A stretch of DNA of 64,000 nt, from contig BDGG01000001.1 in NCBI GenBank assembly GCA_001949185.1, positions 4,949,624-5,013,623 of the forward strand, read 5' to 3'. The translations under genes and the position numbers were made by a program. Below the pieces are notes generated by a model. That model searched no databases, was not told the DNA's origin, and was given only the letters and a program-made list of their open reading frames with translations. Below, piece by piece: positions 60,429 through 64,000 of the stretch (the stretch's first letter is position 1; each line of letters opens with the position of its first letter). Source of the DNA: Ramazzottius varieornatus (taxonomy: Eukaryota; Animalia; Tardigrada).

Positions 60429-62184
60429 AATGCCGACCCGGTTTGGTTCTCCCTGGAGCCGAGTCGTTCAGAAGTCCGGCCCGGACCTACTGGACGGATC
60501 GGTCAAATGAAAGATCGAACTAAATCGCCAGCCGAGTGACAGGCTGTAATGTCAGATGGAGATCCGCCATGACAGTCTGACAGTCCACCGCGTCATGTTA
60601 AAGACACTTTTTGGAATGTCTTACGTTCACTGCGGCGGCTGTTCAGTCTTCCCATTTAGCCCTGACTTCCGGCCACCCTTCCCAGCACCACAACCTTTAG
60701 CGCTGCCTTCTCCCGAACCCATTCCGTTCGTCCGGATTGTGGCTTCTTTGTGACGTCAGCACCTCTCTGAAAACAAACGCAATGACCGTCAGCCGTTCAC
60801 GTAAATATTCATATTCTGTGTTCGACGCAGAGCTCTAGGGCCGAAGAAGAATCTTGTGTTTGTTTTTCGTTCAGAAATCCGAAATGGCTGGAAGAAACGG
60901 CTATATGGGGTCTCTTCTTCCAGTTTTGATCAGATAAAAGAGAAGCGGAAATTTCGGAAATTCGAAGAGCATCCAAAGATCGGACATCATCCTTCCCAAA
61001 TTTCGACGGGGACATCTTGTTGGGTGCCTCTTGTTAACTTGTGCACACAGCTGATAGTTCGAAAAGCTGTCGAAGCCTTCCTTACCGTCAAGGGCAAACT
61101 GCAGCATCCCAGCAGCGTAAATGCCATGACAAACGGAAGCAGTTTCAGGGACAGTAAAATCCGTGTTTCTGTCAGTCGATCGACTGTTCCCAAGTGCTCC
61201 TTCAAAGCCTCACAATAGTTGTAGGATAACACGAATGAACGAGAGCCGGAATCGAGATCGGGGTGATCGAGGAAAGGTGGAGGAAGGCGATGGATTGCTG
61301 GAACCGACGGGAGCAGTTAATAGCGACGAAATTTTGTCGTCTGAAAATTCACAAGTCCAAAATTTTTCGTGTGCATCAGCCACCTGCTCACAGACGCACA
61401 GCATGCGCTCGACCACGTATGCGCCGGTTGAGAAAAGTGTACGCTAGGTACCCGTCCGGCCCAAACGAAAGTACGGAACACACTTCATTACTTTGCTAGG
61501 TACTCTTTTTTTCTTGGGGGGAGATGTGTTGATGGGAACGGTTGGTTTGCCAAATACTGGGTAATGTAGACTTTTCAACCTTGAACTTTCCGTCGGTTTG
61601 CTAGGCCAATGTGGACCGCCGAGCGGACTCGCGATTTCTGGGATAGCTTTCGAGTCCTCATTAGCATTCCATTAAAAGCTAGCTTGCGATTGGATCAAAT
61701 TTGCTATACCAATGGGATACGCTCAATATTTGGCTCCCTCAGCTCCAAAGCATTTAACACTGGAACAGGATCGGAACAAGATCACTCTGGATCGCAGCCC
61801 ACTCTCCTAAATAAACAGTCAGCGTCGTCCATTTCCTGGTACCTTCTTCGCCCAGCATGGCTTATTGTGCACGAAGCATACTAGAAAATAAGCAAAACTT
61901 ATTTGCGGTCAACTATGGAGCGACTTCCTCCTCCTTCCCCGAGTTTCCTTCTCATATTTCTCCTCGTACGCACTCGATGTGAACGTTCGAGCTAACCTTT
62001 CTTGACCATGACCATCGATGACCAAGTCATCTATGGATTCATTCTTCATTCTGCGAGCTCCTCGCATTTTGTCCGCCCACCCTCCCTTCATGTTCTGTGG
62101 TTCTTCGTTATCAAATGGCTCGCTAAAATAGCCGCGTATTATTGTAGATCGTCTCTGTTTATGATCAGCGTAATTAGGGAGGTG

Positions 62185-63736
62185 TCATTTTAGGTCGCAT
62201 TGGTCGTAGTATAAGAAGTCTGTCTTGTTTTGAATGATCCCCAGAATGTCTCTGGCTAGTTGCGGAAGGTCGGTCTTTTTCGCGTACTGTTGATCTCCAA
62301 CCATAGAGTCTCGCGTCTGGTAGATCAGGATTCCGTACCCGGCCAGCAAGCCCATAACCTGCAAATCACAGAGCGTGTCGTGAAACTGCTCACTAATGGC
62401 ACATGTACAGGCCCCAAGGCCCCCAACTATGGGAGCTGATATTTACGCCGGTGGATGACTCTTTTGTGATGTAGATGCCCGCAATGGAGATTGCGCCACT
62501 GTCGCAGTCGATGCCGTTCATTACTCGTCTGCATTCATCGCGCGTTGCGGTAGAAGAGGAGATGGATTCGAGCTCTTGCAAGGTTTTCGCAATCGCCCGC
62601 ACCTGTATGAAACAAAAGCAAATGGATGTAAATGACACGACTCGAGCGGATGATGTTTCGCACCTTTCCGTGACAGCGAAGACAAAGGAGGTTTCGCACA
62701 ATACAGTTAGCAATACCAATGCATCCGACAGACACATCATAATAGTCAGTATTTTTGTCCTCGTACACACGATCGGTATAGGCTGCAAGAGATTCGTCTG
62801 GCCTGTGAGGCTCGTGTACGCGCAACAGTAGTGCCACAACCGCAACTGCGGAATAGCATTCCCTCAGAAAACTCATCAAAACCAGCAAGTGGAAGCAGTC
62901 GTTAAATTTATTGGTCAGCGTACGGAGATGAAGGTACACCTGTTCGACTTTCCGCAGTGGTTCAATGCGCAAAGGATCATCCAAATCTTGGATCTTCCGC
63001 AAGCCCTGATTGACCTCATCGAAACCAGCAGTCAGCACGGCAATCAACATGAAGTAAAAGCATTGTTCAGCCATCTCAATGTTCAGGTTCATCATCTTGC
63101 TGCATGCCAGGATCAAGTCGTTCAGGTACGTGGGTATGTCAAAGGTTAAGAACGCGATAGACTCACTCAACTTCTCGGTGTTTCGAAGGTCACCCCTGAT
63201 TGCTGCGACATAGCTGGACAGTTGCACGGCCAAGCATAGCACAATCCATCCGAACGCAAATACAGCATTTCGATCGCACATTTTCGTTAAGACTTCCGAA
63301 GAGAACATTTCCTTGAGTACCTCCGCCATAGTCTCCAGAAGCCGATGGATTTGCCCGCTCTTCCATATCATTATGCCGAAAATGATCGGTGTCTGTACTG
63401 CAAGGTTGAATCTTGCAGAATACGTCATTATCTTGAAGAACTCCAAGGATTCCAGAACTTGAAGGTAGAACCTGTTACAGAACAGTCAGTATATGAGACA
63501 AGGAAACATGTGCCGGCTAAATTGCAAGACATTATTTACATGGTATAATCGAGCAGGCAGGCCAACGACAGAACTGAGATAGAGACAGCGGTAAAGTAGC
63601 TCCACCTTTGTAGCCATGCTTTTGACTTGATGTTTCCGGGCCTTAAGATAGTTTGGCTCTTAGCTACCGGATACAGGCCGCAAAACCGAAGGTATCTCAT
63701 ATACGAGGAACTGGCAATCGAAACCGAAGATTTCAT
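62185..63736 (-). CDS. Gustatory-receptor-like (7TM chemoreceptor/ion channel family) protein, apparently intact, 4 exons
   Basis: N-terminal YLRFCGLYP motif; multiple TM segments; C-terminal ISIAGIYITKE and GYGILIYQT (variant of the GR TYhhhhhQF motif); late phase-0 introns typical of GRs; stop at 62185-62187. Confidence 0.8.
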
Positions 63737-64000
63737 TTTGGCAGTTCCGGCCGATGGTGTCTTTTCAGAAAAGACTCTATGACACGAAGAAGACAAGTTG
63801 ATGTTCACCATCACATTGACTAAGGTGGAGAAACAAACGAATGGAACGGGCTAAATGGCGGAGTTTTCGTTGGGCCCTTCGCATCAGGGAAGAATCTGAT
63901 ACCTTCTGCTCTGCTTGAGTGTGCGGTCTGCACTACTGACATTATGGCTTCCTAAAACCCGGAGATTCGAGCTGCACCTCATTTCAAATTTGATCAGTCT

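Noticed and set aside
60556-62100. Several short overlapping ORFs between the pogo element and the GR gene
   Set aside because: No recognisable domain, no consistent strand and no splice model.

Overview
Compact, intron-rich eukaryotic (invertebrate animal) genomic DNA with GT-AG introns, many of 60-90 nt. The RLRF-amide neuropeptide gene and gustatory-receptor-like genes point to a panarthropod; a tardigrade is a reasonable but unproven guess. All gene models were spliced by eye. From left to right: 5' end of mitochondrial ATP synthase alpha (-); two paralogous secreted Gly/Asn/Ser-rich genes (one frameshifted) flanking a SANS/ANKS4B ankyrin-SAM gene; an unknown multi-exon gene; a 3-exon type I membrane protein missed by the ORF track; a large ADAMTS-like probable pseudo-metalloprotease whose catalytic domain is split by a mucin/charge-block insertion; a possible Ly6-like gene; an EGF-SEA-EGF transmembrane mucin; myosin essential light chain; an alpha/beta hydrolase; an S1 serine protease; adenylate kinase 9; an sNPF-type precursor; and a transposon-dense 3' end holding one apparently intact and one disrupted gustatory-receptor-like gene. 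Mobile DNA includes degenerate mariner/maT-like and Tc1 elements, an apparently intact 3-intron pogo-family transposase (DD42D), a foldback element and several MITEs. No rRNA, tRNA or CRISPR array was recognised. The best candidates for new biology are the split pseudo-ADAMTS mucin, the Gly-rich secreted pair and the intact spliced pogo element.
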